In this document: in pieces, positions 55,828 to 64,000 of the stretch | How the letters are laid out: the number at the start of each line of letters is the position of its first letter | Numbering within the stretch: position 1 is the stretch's first letter | Source: an uncultured Dehalococcoidia bacterium | Lineage (GTDB): Bacteria; Chloroflexota; Dehalococcoidia; GIF9; UBA5629 | Assembly (NCBI GenBank): GCA_937975645.1 | Contig: CALJTV010000016.1 | Span: forward strand, 12,348 to 76,347 | DNA length: 64,000 bases | Direction of reading: 5' to 3' | The notes under the pieces: model-generated | Database searches by the model: none | Told to the model about the DNA's origin: nothing | What the model saw: only the letters and a program-made list of their open reading frames with translations | Position numbers and translations under genes: made by a program

Positions 55828-56931
55828 ATGTCCGCGTCTAGAGACTATTACGAAGTATTAGGGGTGCCCAGGAACGCCAGCGAAGAGGAAATAAAGAGGG
55901 CATTCCGCCGGCTAGCCTTCAAGTACCACCCCGACCATAATAATGAACCGGGCGCCGAAGAAAAGTTTAAAGAGATAAACGAGGCTTATGAGGTGCTTTC
56001 TGACGCTAGGAAAAGAGCGAACTACGACCGGTATGGACGAGCTACAACCTTAGACTGGGCTGGTTTCGATGAGTTTAACTTCGGCGGTCTTGGAGACATC
56101 TTCGATGCCTTTTTCGGCGCTGCCACTACAGCCCAGCAGCGTGCACCACGAAAAGGCAATGACCTCAAAGCCAATCTGACCATCTCCTTTGAGGAGGCTG
56201 TTTTCGGAGCAGATAAACAGATAGAACTCTGGCGCATTGAAGCCTGCACCCTGTGCCACGGGCTTGGCAGTAGGCCGGGGACAAACCCAGAAAAATGCCC
56301 CAACTGCAACGGTAGGGGTGAGGTGCGCCGCGTCCAGCAAGGTATTTTCGGCCGATTCACCTATGCCACCACCTGCCCCCGCTGCCACGGTGAAGGCTCA
56401 GTCATCACCAACCCTTGTCCCCAGTGTAAGGGCACCGGCAGAGAGAAGGTTAAAAGGACACTCACCGTGACCATACCCCCCGGAGTAGATGAGAGCTACC
56501 ATCTTCACCTTCCCAACCAGGGTGATGTAGGCGAATATGGCGGATCCCCCGGTGACGTACAAATTGTATTGTCCATAAAGCCCCACCACCTCTTCACCCG
56601 CAAGGGGTATGACATCGTCTATGAACTACCAATAAACTTCGCTCAGGCTGCGCTGGGAGATAGCATCACCGTCCCTACTCTCGACGGTGATGCTATCCTT
56701 AAGATACCAGCCGGTACCCAGAACGGTACTGTCTTCCGCATCAAGGGGAAAGGTGTACCACACCTCAACAAAAGAGGAAGGGGCGATCAAGTAGTCATCG
56801 TCAAAGTGGTCACACCTCGATCGATGACTGCAAGGCAAAGACAACTCTTTGAAGAGTTGGCAAAAGTCCTGCCGACGCCCGAAGTACCCAGAGAGAAAGC
56901 CTCTGGCTCTACAAGCGGGGCAGGGTACTGA
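55828..56931 (+). CDS. dnaJ: molecular chaperone DnaJ (type I, four CxxCxGxG repeats)
   Basis: J domain DYYEVLGV...KYHPD, a G/F region, and the repeats [24 protein letters not shown] and CPQCKGTG. Confidence 0.9.
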   Translation: MSASRDYYEVLGVPRNASEEEIKRAFRRLAFKYHPDHNNEPGAEEKFKEINEAYEVLSDARKRANYDRYGRATTLDWAGFDEFNFGGLGDIFDAFFGAATTAQQRAPRKGNDLKANLTISFEEAVFGADKQIELWRIEACTLCHGLGSRPGTNPEKCPNCNGRGEVRRVQQGIFGRFTYATTCPRCHGEGSVITNPCPQCKGTGREKVKRTLTVTIPPGVDESYHLHLPNQGDVGEYGGSPGDVQIVLSIKPHHLFTRKGYDIVYELPINFAQAALGDSITVPTLDGDAILKIPAGTQNGTVFRIKGKGVPHLNKRGRGDQVVIVKVVTPRSMTARQRQLFEELAKVLPTPEVPREKASGSTSGAGY

Positions 56932-56955
56932 CGGCACTATATAACCCAGACAAAC

Positions 56956-57942
56956 CTAAAGCACCATATCGGGTTTCAGCCCATCGGTGAACCGTTTGGC
57001 TACTTCCACAGGCGGTAACGATTCAAACAGTACACCATAAACAAGGTCGATAATCGGCGCTGTGACCCTGAACTTTCCTACCAGGCGATAGGCAGCTATT
57101 GCAGTATCAATGCCCTCAGCCACCTGCGTCATCGAAGCTTTTACCTCACCAAGCGACTTCCCCTTCGCCAGCTCGTAGCCAACATGGTAATTGCGGCTAA
57201 GCGGACTGCTACCGGTGGCAATGAGGTCGCCCAGACCCGCCAGTCCATAGAATGTACTTGGTCGTGCCCCCAGTGCCATCCCTAGCTTGACGACTTCGCT
57301 CCACCCCAATGTGATAAACGCCGCTTTGGCATTGTTTCCCACCCCCAAGCCATCAAGTATCCCAGCACCGATCGCGATGACATTTTTCAATGCACCGCAA
57401 AGCTCCACACCCACAATGTCATCGCTGACATAGACAGCAAACCCGGGGCAGTTCAGTAGCTCCTGCACCTGTTTTGCCACCCCCAGGTTGCGGCAGGCTA
57501 CCACCGAGACAGCTGGTAAACCAGAGTTAATCTCCTTGGAAAGGTTAGGGCCCGATAGCGCGCATATCCGCTCCGATAAAGCCATAGGGACCTCTTCAGC
57601 TATCACCTCTGACATCCTTTTCCCGGACTCGGCCTCAAGCCCTTTAGCTGCGCTGACCAGCGTCATAGCACTACTGAGGAAGGATGAGCTCAAACGTACA
57701 TTGTGCCTCAAACGTTGGGACGGCACCGCAAAAATAACAGTGTCCGCTGAATCCAGTACTTCTTCCAGACTGGCGGAAATAGAAAGCCGAATAGTCGATT
57801 GTGTACTCGCCTCTTTGCTCTTCAGCGCTTCCGCCTCCGCCTCAGTCCTCGCCCACTGTGCAACCTGTACATCCTTCCGGACAAGCATCCTCCCCAGCGT
57901 ACTACCCCATGTGGTTGCACCGATTATGGCTATTTTGTTCAT
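56956..57942 (-). CDS. gpsA: NAD(P)H-dependent glycerol-3-phosphate dehydrogenase
   Basis: MNKIAIIGATTWGSTLG...GALKNVIAIGAGI... is a typical GpsA pattern. Confidence 0.9.
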   Translation of the reverse strand: MNKIAIIGATTWGSTLGRMLVRKDVQVAQWARTEAEAEALKSKEASTQSTIRLSISASLEEVLDSADTVIFAVPSQRLRHNVRLSSSFLSSAMTLVSAAKGLEAESGKRMSEVIAEEVPMALSERICALSGPNLSKEINSGLPAVSVVACRNLGVAKQVQELLNCPGFAVYVSDDIVGVELCGALKNVIAIGAGILDGLGVGNNAKAAFITLGWSEVVKLGMALGARPSTFYGLAGLGDLIATGSSPLSRNYHVGYELAKGKSLGEVKASMTQVAEGIDTAIAAYRLVGKFRVTAPIIDLVYGVLFESLPPVEVAKRFTDGLKPDMVL

Positions 57943-57964
57943 CTAGAATACATCCCTCCTGTCA

Positions 57965-58630
57965 CTAAGAATCAATATTGATCCGCTGGTCTACCCTGAG
58001 CTCCGTGCCCGTTTGCAGCCGGGCGATATTCTTTCGATGTTGATAGACGATCAGCCCAGCAGCCACAAGGCTATAGACCAGGTACACTGGCGGAATATTA
58101 TACACCACCGTCAACACCATGAATAGACATAGAATCCCCAGGCAGCTCAGAATGGAACCCAGGGACATATACTTGCTGCGCAATACCGTAAGTATCAGTA
58201 TCAAGCCACCAAAAATCGCTGCCAGTGGCCAGATGGCAATCCAACTCCCATAGTAGGCTGCCACCCCTTTGCCGCCACGAAACTTAATATACACCGACCA
58301 GTTGTGTCCCACCATCACCATCAGGGCTGCGATGACCTGAGCATACTGCCAGTTCAAAGAAAGACCAGCAACCACCAGCACATCGTCACCGACAATAGCC
58401 CGCGCTACCAGTACTGCCGCTGCCCCCTTGATAACATCCAGCGCCATGGCGATTGCCCCAGCCCGCTTGCCAAGCACACGCAGGACATTCGTGCCGCCGA
58501 TGTTGCCACTCCCGTATTTGGAAATGTCGACCCCAGCCATCATCTTGCTCACTATTAGTGCGAACGGGATAGCTCCGAGCAAGTAACTGGCTAAAGCACT
58601 AATGATAAATTTAGCGACTATCATTTTCAC
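57965..58630 (-). CDS. plsY: glycerol-3-phosphate acyltransferase PlsY
   Basis: ...GSGNIGGTNVLRVLG...HNWSVYIKFRGGKGVA... The start overlaps the der stop. Confidence 0.85.
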   Translation of the reverse strand: MKMIVAKFIISALASYLLGAIPFALIVSKMMAGVDISKYGSGNIGGTNVLRVLGKRAGAIAMALDVIKGAAAVLVARAIVGDDVLVVAGLSLNWQYAQVIAALMVMVGHNWSVYIKFRGGKGVAAYYGSWIAIWPLAAIFGGLILILTVLRSKYMSLGSILSCLGILCLFMVLTVVYNIPPVYLVYSLVAAGLIVYQHRKNIARLQTGTELRVDQRINIDS

Positions 58631-59958
58631 ACCCCCGTCCTTTCCGGTCTCTTGTCCGTTGTCTTCTTGAACGAGAACCGCAATGCTGTGCCGCGGAACC
58701 CAAATGTCTGCCGCAGCCTGTTCTCCAGATAGCGCTGATAGGAGAAATGCATCAGCTCTGGATCATTGACAATAATGGTGAAGCTCGGTGGATTGACATC
58801 GCTCTGGTAGGCACGCAGAATACGCAGCCGTTTTAAGCCCTTCCGGGGCGGGGACTGCGCTAGCACCGCATCTTTGATCAGTTTGTCCACCACTTTATCA
58901 GGCAGCCTCTTCTGTCTTTCCCGCCATACCTGAAGCGCCTCAGGTACCACCTTCTCCACATTATGCCCTGTCTTCGCCGAGACATACAATACCGGCACGT
59001 GGGACATAAATTTGAGACGCTCACTGAAACAATCAGCATAATCTTCTATCCCGCCAGACACTAAGTCCCACTTGTTCACCACTAGCACCATGCCTTTGCA
59101 AGCCTCCTTCACATAGCCTGCGATGTGAAGGTCCTGGGCAGTAAGAAATTCCGTGGCATCAGTGACCAAGAGGGCAACATCACACCTATTAATAGCATTC
59201 AGCGCCCGGAGTAAACTGTAGTACTCGATACCTTCTTCAACACGCCCGCGCCTTCTAATGCCAGCCGTATCTATTAGCAATACTTTCTGCCCTTGATAAT
59301 GGTACACTGTGTCCAGCGCGTCCCGTGTCGTCCCCGGGGCTTCGTCCACTATAGCACGCTCCTCCCCCACGATGGCATTGAGTAACATGGACTTCCCCAC
59401 ATTGGGACGCCCCACGATAGCCAGTTTTGGTAGATCTAACTCCAAGGATACCTCTTCGGATTCCGCTGGCAAATGTCCCAGCACAGCTTCCCTCAGAAGG
59501 CTTATGCCCCTGCCATGCTGACCGCTGACAATCAGCGGTTCACCAAGTCCCAAGCGATAGAACTCGGCTGCCTGGCTGTCCAGCCTAGCATTGTCCGCCT
59601 TGTTAGCTACCAGCACTACCGGCTTGCCACAACCGCGTAGTAGATCAGCTATTTCATAGTCCGCAGACAGCACCCCCTCGCGGACATCCGTCAAAAAGAT
59701 TATCACATCAGCACCAGCTATAGCCGCCTCCACCTGCCCCTTGACCTTTTGAGTTAGCGATGAGCCGGGATCTGGCTCAAGTCCACCGGTATCAACAAGG
59801 GTCACCTTCCGCCCCGACCACTCTACATCAGCAAAAATGCGGTCGCGCGTTGTCCCAGGAAGATCCTCAACGATAGCTATCCTCCCGCCTACCAGACGGT
59901 TGAACAGCGTGGACTTCCCCACGTTGGCTCTACCCACAATGGCAATGACCGGTTTCAT
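58627..59958 (-). CDS. der: ribosome-biogenesis GTPase Der (EngA)
   Basis: Two tandem G domains (GRANVGKST, GRPNVGKS) plus a KH-like C-terminus. The start is taken at MKPVIAIVG. Confidence 0.9.
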   Translation of the reverse strand: MKPVIAIVGRANVGKSTLFNRLVGGRIAIVEDLPGTTRDRIFADVEWSGRKVTLVDTGGLEPDPGSSLTQKVKGQVEAAIAGADVIIFLTDVREGVLSADYEIADLLRGCGKPVVLVANKADNARLDSQAAEFYRLGLGEPLIVSGQHGRGISLLREAVLGHLPAESEEVSLELDLPKLAIVGRPNVGKSMLLNAIVGEERAIVDEAPGTTRDALDTVYHYQGQKVLLIDTAGIRRRGRVEEGIEYYSLLRALNAINRCDVALLVTDATEFLTAQDLHIAGYVKEACKGMVLVVNKWDLVSGGIEDYADCFSERLKFMSHVPVLYVSAKTGHNVEKVVPEALQVWRERQKRLPDKVVDKLIKDAVLAQSPPRKGLKRLRILRAYQSDVNPPSFTIIVNDPELMHFSYQRYLENRLRQTFGFRGTALRFSFKKTTDKRPERTGV

Positions 59959-60027
59959 CCGCCAGAAAACTCCTGTGAGAAACGTCCCGCCCATTGCTGC
60001 TTAAAACACACCATAGCCAGCCCCCAT

Positions 60028-60969
60028 CTAGCCTTTGCCGAACAAGTGGACAAGCAATGCCTTTTGAATGTGTAATCTGTTCTCAGCCTGATCGAAAACC
60101 ACTGACCTCGGGCTGTCCAGCACACCAATTGCTACTTCCTCCCCGTGATGGGCTGGCATAGGGTGCATCAGAATGGCATCTGACTTTGCCACCGCAAGCA
60201 GTCTTTCGTCCACTTGATAACGGACAAAATCCCTTCTGCGTTTATCAGCCTCAGCCTCCTGCCCCATGCTCGTCCACACATCTGTATATACCACGTCAGC
60301 CCCTTTCACAGCCTCCTCTGGCTCCTTAGTAAGCAAAATCTCAGCACCGCTAACAGTAGCAAGCTCCCTCGCTTTGCTCAGTACCCCTTCTTTGACTTCA
60401 TAGCCCGCCGGTGATGCAATCCGAAAGCCCATCCCTATCATAGCACAAGCCAGCAGCAGGCTATGCGCCACATTATTGCCATCTCCGATAAAAGCTAGAG
60501 TCAGCCCGCTGAGCCTGCCCTTCTTCTCCTCCACAGTTAATAGGTCACCCAATGCTTGACAAGGGTGCTCATGGTCGGAGAGCGCATTGACGACCGGTAC
60601 GCTGGCATACTCTGCAAGAACCTCCAGTGTCTGATGGGAAAACGTCCGTGCGATGATACCATGGACATACCGACTGAGCACTCTGGCAACATCAGAGACG
60701 GGCTCGCGTTTACCCAACCCCACCTCTTCTGGGGAAAGATAGAAGCACTGCCCACCCAGGTGCCTTATCGCCACTTCGAAGCTGGCTCTGGTGCGTAACG
60801 AAGGTTTCTCAAAAATAAGGGCAAAAATCTTGTCCTTAAGCACTGGTGGCGCCCTGCGGCGCTTCAGCCTCAGGGCACTACTGATCAGCCCTTCTACTTC
60901 CTTAGCAGTCAGGTCCGCAACAGAGAGGATGTCCTTTCCCATCGTCATCATGTGCCAGCTTTCTGCCAA
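60028..60969 (-). CDS. argF: ornithine carbamoyltransferase
   Basis: FEKPSLRTRASFE (SxRTR), HPCQALGD, DVWTSMGQE and HPMPAHHGEEV. The start is ambiguous among Met codons at 60969-60942. Confidence 0.85.
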   Translation of the reverse strand: MAESWHMMTMGKDILSVADLTAKEVEGLISSALRLKRRRAPPVLKDKIFALIFEKPSLRTRASFEVAIRHLGGQCFYLSPEEVGLGKREPVSDVARVLSRYVHGIIARTFSHQTLEVLAEYASVPVVNALSDHEHPCQALGDLLTVEEKKGRLSGLTLAFIGDGNNVAHSLLLACAMIGMGFRIASPAGYEVKEGVLSKARELATVSGAEILLTKEPEEAVKGADVVYTDVWTSMGQEAEADKRRRDFVRYQVDERLLAVAKSDAILMHPMPAHHGEEVAIGVLDSPRSVVFDQAENRLHIQKALLVHLFGKG

Positions 60970-61049
60970 TGAAATCTAGTATACCACACGCTGTCATTAA
61001 TGGTATATAATGCTGGGGGTGGTAGCCACCAGCTATCCCAGGCGCGACT

Positions 61050-63767
61050 ATGACTGAGACCAGACCTTTACTGCTTCTGTTCGATGGTAACGCCCTGGTG
61101 CACCGTGCTTTCCACGCGCTCCCGCCGCTAACTGTAGCTAGAACAGGAGAAATGGTAAATGCGGTTCAAGGCTTCGCCAGCACCCTACTCAAAGTGCTAA
61201 ATGAAATTAAGCCGACCCATTGGGCAATCGCCTTCGACCGTCCTACCCCCACTTTCCGCCATGAAAAATTCGAAGAATACAAAGCTCAGCGTCCCAAAAC
61301 GCCCGACGAGCTTGTCTCCCAGATAGAACGGGTACACCAACTAGCAGAAGCTTTCCACATCCCCATCTTTGAAATCGACGGCTTCGAGGCGGATGATGTC
61401 CTTGGTACGCTAAGTCACCAAGCGAACGAACGTGGCGTAGATACCATTATAGTCACCGGCGACAACGACGTTCTTCAGGTAGTCTCTTCAAAGACAAAAG
61501 TGCTCGCCCCAAAAAGGACCTTCAGCGACACGGTGCTTTATGACGAATCGCTGGTACAAGAAAAATACGGAATATCTCCTAAGCAGCTTGCCGATTTCAA
61601 GGCGCTTACCGGTGACCCCTCAGACAACATACCGGGCATCCCGGGCATCGGCGAAAAGACCGCCGCCAAATTGCTCCAGCGTTTTGGCAGCCTCGACGAG
61701 CTCTATGCCCATATCAACGAGGTAAGCCCTGACAAAATGAGGGCCCTGCTCCAGCAGTACAAAGAGCAGGTCTTTCAAAATCGGGAGCTCGCCCGAATAG
61801 TCACCTCGGTGCCCGTGATGCTAGACCTGGATAGCTGCCGTGTCACCGCATATGACCGCCAGAAGGTGGTAGAACTCTTTCGCGAGCTCGGCTTCGCCCA
61901 GTTGCTCACAAGACTACCGCAGGAGATTGGGGCAGCGGAGCCAGCCACCGTCCATATCAGGACTCCGGTGAAAGGGGACTACCACATAGTGACAACACAG
62001 AACGAGCTCGAAAGACTTCTAGCACAACTCGCCGCCGCTGAGGAATTCGCCATCGACCTTGAGACCTCGAGCAAAGAGGCGATGACTGCCGACTTGGTCG
62101 GTGTTTCCATATCGCTGAGACCGGCTGAAGCCTATTACATACCGGTGGGACACCGTGGCTTGAGCCAGATCAGCCAGCTACCGCTATCCCTGGTCACCGA
62201 CCGCCTCAAAGCCGCACTCGAAGACCCGACGAAAGCCAAAATAGCCCATAACGGCAAATTCGACATGATAGCACTCGCCGAGCATGGCATCAGACTCCAG
62301 AACCTTGCCTTCGATACCATGCTCGCTGCCTACTTACTCGGGGAGAAAGCATTGAGCCTCAAAGCACTGGCGTTCAACAGGCTCGGTGTGGAGATGACAC
62401 CCATCGATGACCTCATCGGCAAAGGGACAAAACAGGTCTCCATGGCAACGGTGCCCATAGAGCAGGTCGCCCAGTATGCCTGTGCTGATGCCGATATAGC
62501 CCTGAGACTTAAAGGACAGCTTGAACCCGAACTCCACAACCAAGGACTATGGCAGCTTTTCTCAGAAGTGGAAATGCCGCTGGTCCCAGTCCTCGTGGCT
62601 ATGGAAAGGAACGGGGTGGCTCTAGACCTGGGCCTGCTCCGCGAAATGTCGCACAACCTGGGCAAAGAAATGATGAGGATAGAGGCTGAAATTTACAATT
62701 GCCTGGGACACAAGTTCAACGTAAACTCCTCCCAGCAACTCTCCCAAGTACTCTACGAAGAACTGAAACTTCCAAAGCCGCGGAAGACAAAGAGCGGCTA
62801 CTCCACTGAGGCATCGGCATTGGAAGAACTCAAAGGTACCCACCCTATAATCGAGCTGGTACTGCAGTACCGTCAGCTTGCCAAACTGAAGTCCACCTAC
62901 ACAGATGCCTTCCTAGGGCTCATCAACCCCAGGACCGGAAGGCTCCACACCAGCTTCAATCAGACAGGCACCGTCACCGGTCGTCTCTCCTCCAGCGAGC
63001 CCAACCTGCAGAACATACCCGTGCGCGGTGAGCTGGGCAGCAAAATAAGACAGGCGATAATTGCCCAGCCCGGATGGCTACTGCTGTCAGCCGACTATTC
63101 CCAGATAGACCTTAGGGTTCTAGCACATATTTCCCAAGACCCAGAACTCATCGCCACTTTTTTGAGGAATGAAGATGTCCACACCGCCACGGCGTCGCGG
63201 GTATTCAATGTGCCGCCTGAGAAAGTTACGCCCGACATGCGCCGTGTCGCTAAAACGGTGAATTTCGGCGTCATCTACGGCATGAGCGACTACGGCTTGG
63301 AGCAAGCCACCAGCTTCACCCGTGAGGAGGCTGCCCGGTTTATCGCCTCTTACTTCGAAAAATACCCCGGAGTCAAGAGATACATTGAGGATACTAAAAA
63401 ACAGGCGAGAGAACTCGGCTATGTCCAGACGGTGATGGGGAGGAGGAGATATATCCCTGAGATAAATTCTACCAACCGACAAGTCAGGGAGGCAGCGGAG
63501 CGCATGGCGATCAACATGCCCGTACAGGGGACATCGGCAGACATCATCAAAATTGCCATGGTCAATCTCCATCGCGAGATGGTGAAAAACAGCCTCAAAA
63601 GCAAAATGCTGCTCCAGGTCCACGATGAACTCGTTTTCGAGACCCCGCCCGAGGAACTTGATACTATGAGGCATCTCGTCTCCAAAATCATGCCCAGCGC
63701 CCTGAAGCTCAGCGTCCCCCTGAAAATAGACATCAAAGTCGGCAAAAACTGGGCAGAGATGGGATAA
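61050..63767 (+). CDS. polA: DNA polymerase I
   Basis: A 5'-nuclease N-terminus, a 3'-5' exo motif (FAIDLETSS), and pol motifs DYSQIDLRVLAH, RRVAKTVNFGVIYG and QVHDELV. Confidence 0.95.
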   Translation: MTETRPLLLLFDGNALVHRAFHALPPLTVARTGEMVNAVQGFASTLLKVLNEIKPTHWAIAFDRPTPTFRHEKFEEYKAQRPKTPDELVSQIERVHQLAEAFHIPIFEIDGFEADDVLGTLSHQANERGVDTIIVTGDNDVLQVVSSKTKVLAPKRTFSDTVLYDESLVQEKYGISPKQLADFKALTGDPSDNIPGIPGIGEKTAAKLLQRFGSLDELYAHINEVSPDKMRALLQQYKEQVFQNRELARIVTSVPVMLDLDSCRVTAYDRQKVVELFRELGFAQLLTRLPQEIGAAEPATVHIRTPVKGDYHIVTTQNELERLLAQLAAAEEFAIDLETSSKEAMTADLVGVSISLRPAEAYYIPVGHRGLSQISQLPLSLVTDRLKAALEDPTKAKIAHNGKFDMIALAEHGIRLQNLAFDTMLAAYLLGEKALSLKALAFNRLGVEMTPIDDLIGKGTKQVSMATVPIEQVAQYACADADIALRLKGQLEPELHNQGLWQLFSEVEMPLVPVLVAMERNGVALDLGLLREMSHNLGKEMMRIEAEIYNCLGHKFNVNSSQQLSQVLYEELKLPKPRKTKSGYSTEASALEELKGTHPIIELVLQYRQLAKLKSTYTDAFLGLINPRTGRLHTSFNQTGTVTGRLSSSEPNLQNIPVRGELGSKIRQAIIAQPGWLLLSADYSQIDLRVLAHISQDPELIATFLRNEDVHTATASRVFNVPPEKVTPDMRRVAKTVNFGVIYGMSDYGLEQATSFTREEAARFIASYFEKYPGVKRYIEDTKKQARELGYVQTVMGRRRYIPEINSTNRQVREAAERMAINMPVQGTSADIIKIAMVNLHREMVKNSLKSKMLLQVHDELVFETPPEELDTMRHLVSKIMPSALKLSVPLKIDIKVGKNWAEMG

Positions 63768-63768
63768 A

Positions 63769-64000
63769 GTGCCAGAGCTGCCTGAAGTTGAGACCATAAA
63801 AAGAGAGCTTGAGCCGCTTCTGGTAGGAAGGAAATTCGCCGCGGTCTCTGTCTGTGACACCAAAATAGTCTCTCCGCTCACTGTCGAGGGATTCCAAGCT
63901 GAGCTTGTGGGGCAGGGGATCGAATACCTGAGGCGCCGCGGCAAGTACCTGTTCCTCCATCTATCTAGCGGCAAGTGCTTGATGGTACACCTGAGGATGT
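63769..64000 (+). CDS. mutM: formamidopyrimidine-DNA glycosylase (3' end outside window)
   Basis: A GTG start is followed by PELPEVETIKRELEPLL...RRGKYL, the canonical Fpg N-terminus. Confidence 0.85.
   Translation, partial: MPELPEVETIKRELEPLLVGRKFAAVSVCDTKIVSPLTVEGFQAELVGQGIEYLRRRGKYLFLHLSSGKCLMVHLRM

Overview
The window is 64 kb of bacterial chromosome with Shine-Dalgarno-led, tightly packed and often overlapping genes. I found no rRNA, no CRISPR and no transposase or integrase. Lineage cannot be fixed from sequence alone. The gene content (HspR regulon, CheC/CheD-type chemotaxis, der-plsY-gpsA, S-layer-glycan-like locus) fits a Chloroflexota- or Firmicutes-like organism, which is inference only.

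Layout:
- 1-3.3 kb: two acyl-CoA dehydrogenases and an MFS transporter.
- 3.5-26.9 kb: a large, visibly mosaic glycan-biosynthesis locus. It carries rfbABCD (dTDP-rhamnose), hddA-gmhA-gmhB (activated heptose), wzm/wzt ABC export, several glycosyltransferases and methyltransferases, a radical-SAM enzyme, two HEPN/MNT modules, gene remnants and REP-like repeats. One gene is a 1235-aa GT2-methyltransferase-coiled-coil-GT2-GT4 fusion.
- 26.9-35.6 kb: miscellaneous genes, namely DUF523/TudS, a PP-loop thiolase-like gene, a small zinc-ribbon gene, a ChlI-like AAA+ and VWA pair, an ADH, an MFS transporter and a ferredoxin-domain protein.
- 36.0-46.9 kb: one co-directional chemosensory operon, mcp-cheW-cheA-cheC-cheD-cheY-cheB-cheR. 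It is extended by a degenerate (KD-)GYP protein and a small protein with a FliM-like CheY-P docking motif and a zinc ribbon.
- 47-49.3 kb: MarR plus an ABC-2 exporter.
- 49.4 kb: tRNA-Ala(GGC).
- 50.4-56.9 kb: heat-shock island, with dnaJ-hspR-small ORF-clpB divergent from hsp20, then a second dnaJ.
- 57-64 kb: housekeeping genes gpsA, plsY, der, argF, polA, mutM.

The most interesting candidates are the che-operon tail (a possible novel CheY-P output or sink), the fused polymerase/terminator-like glycan enzyme with a duplicated coiled-coil segment, and the clear recombination scars around accessory cassettes in the glycan locus.
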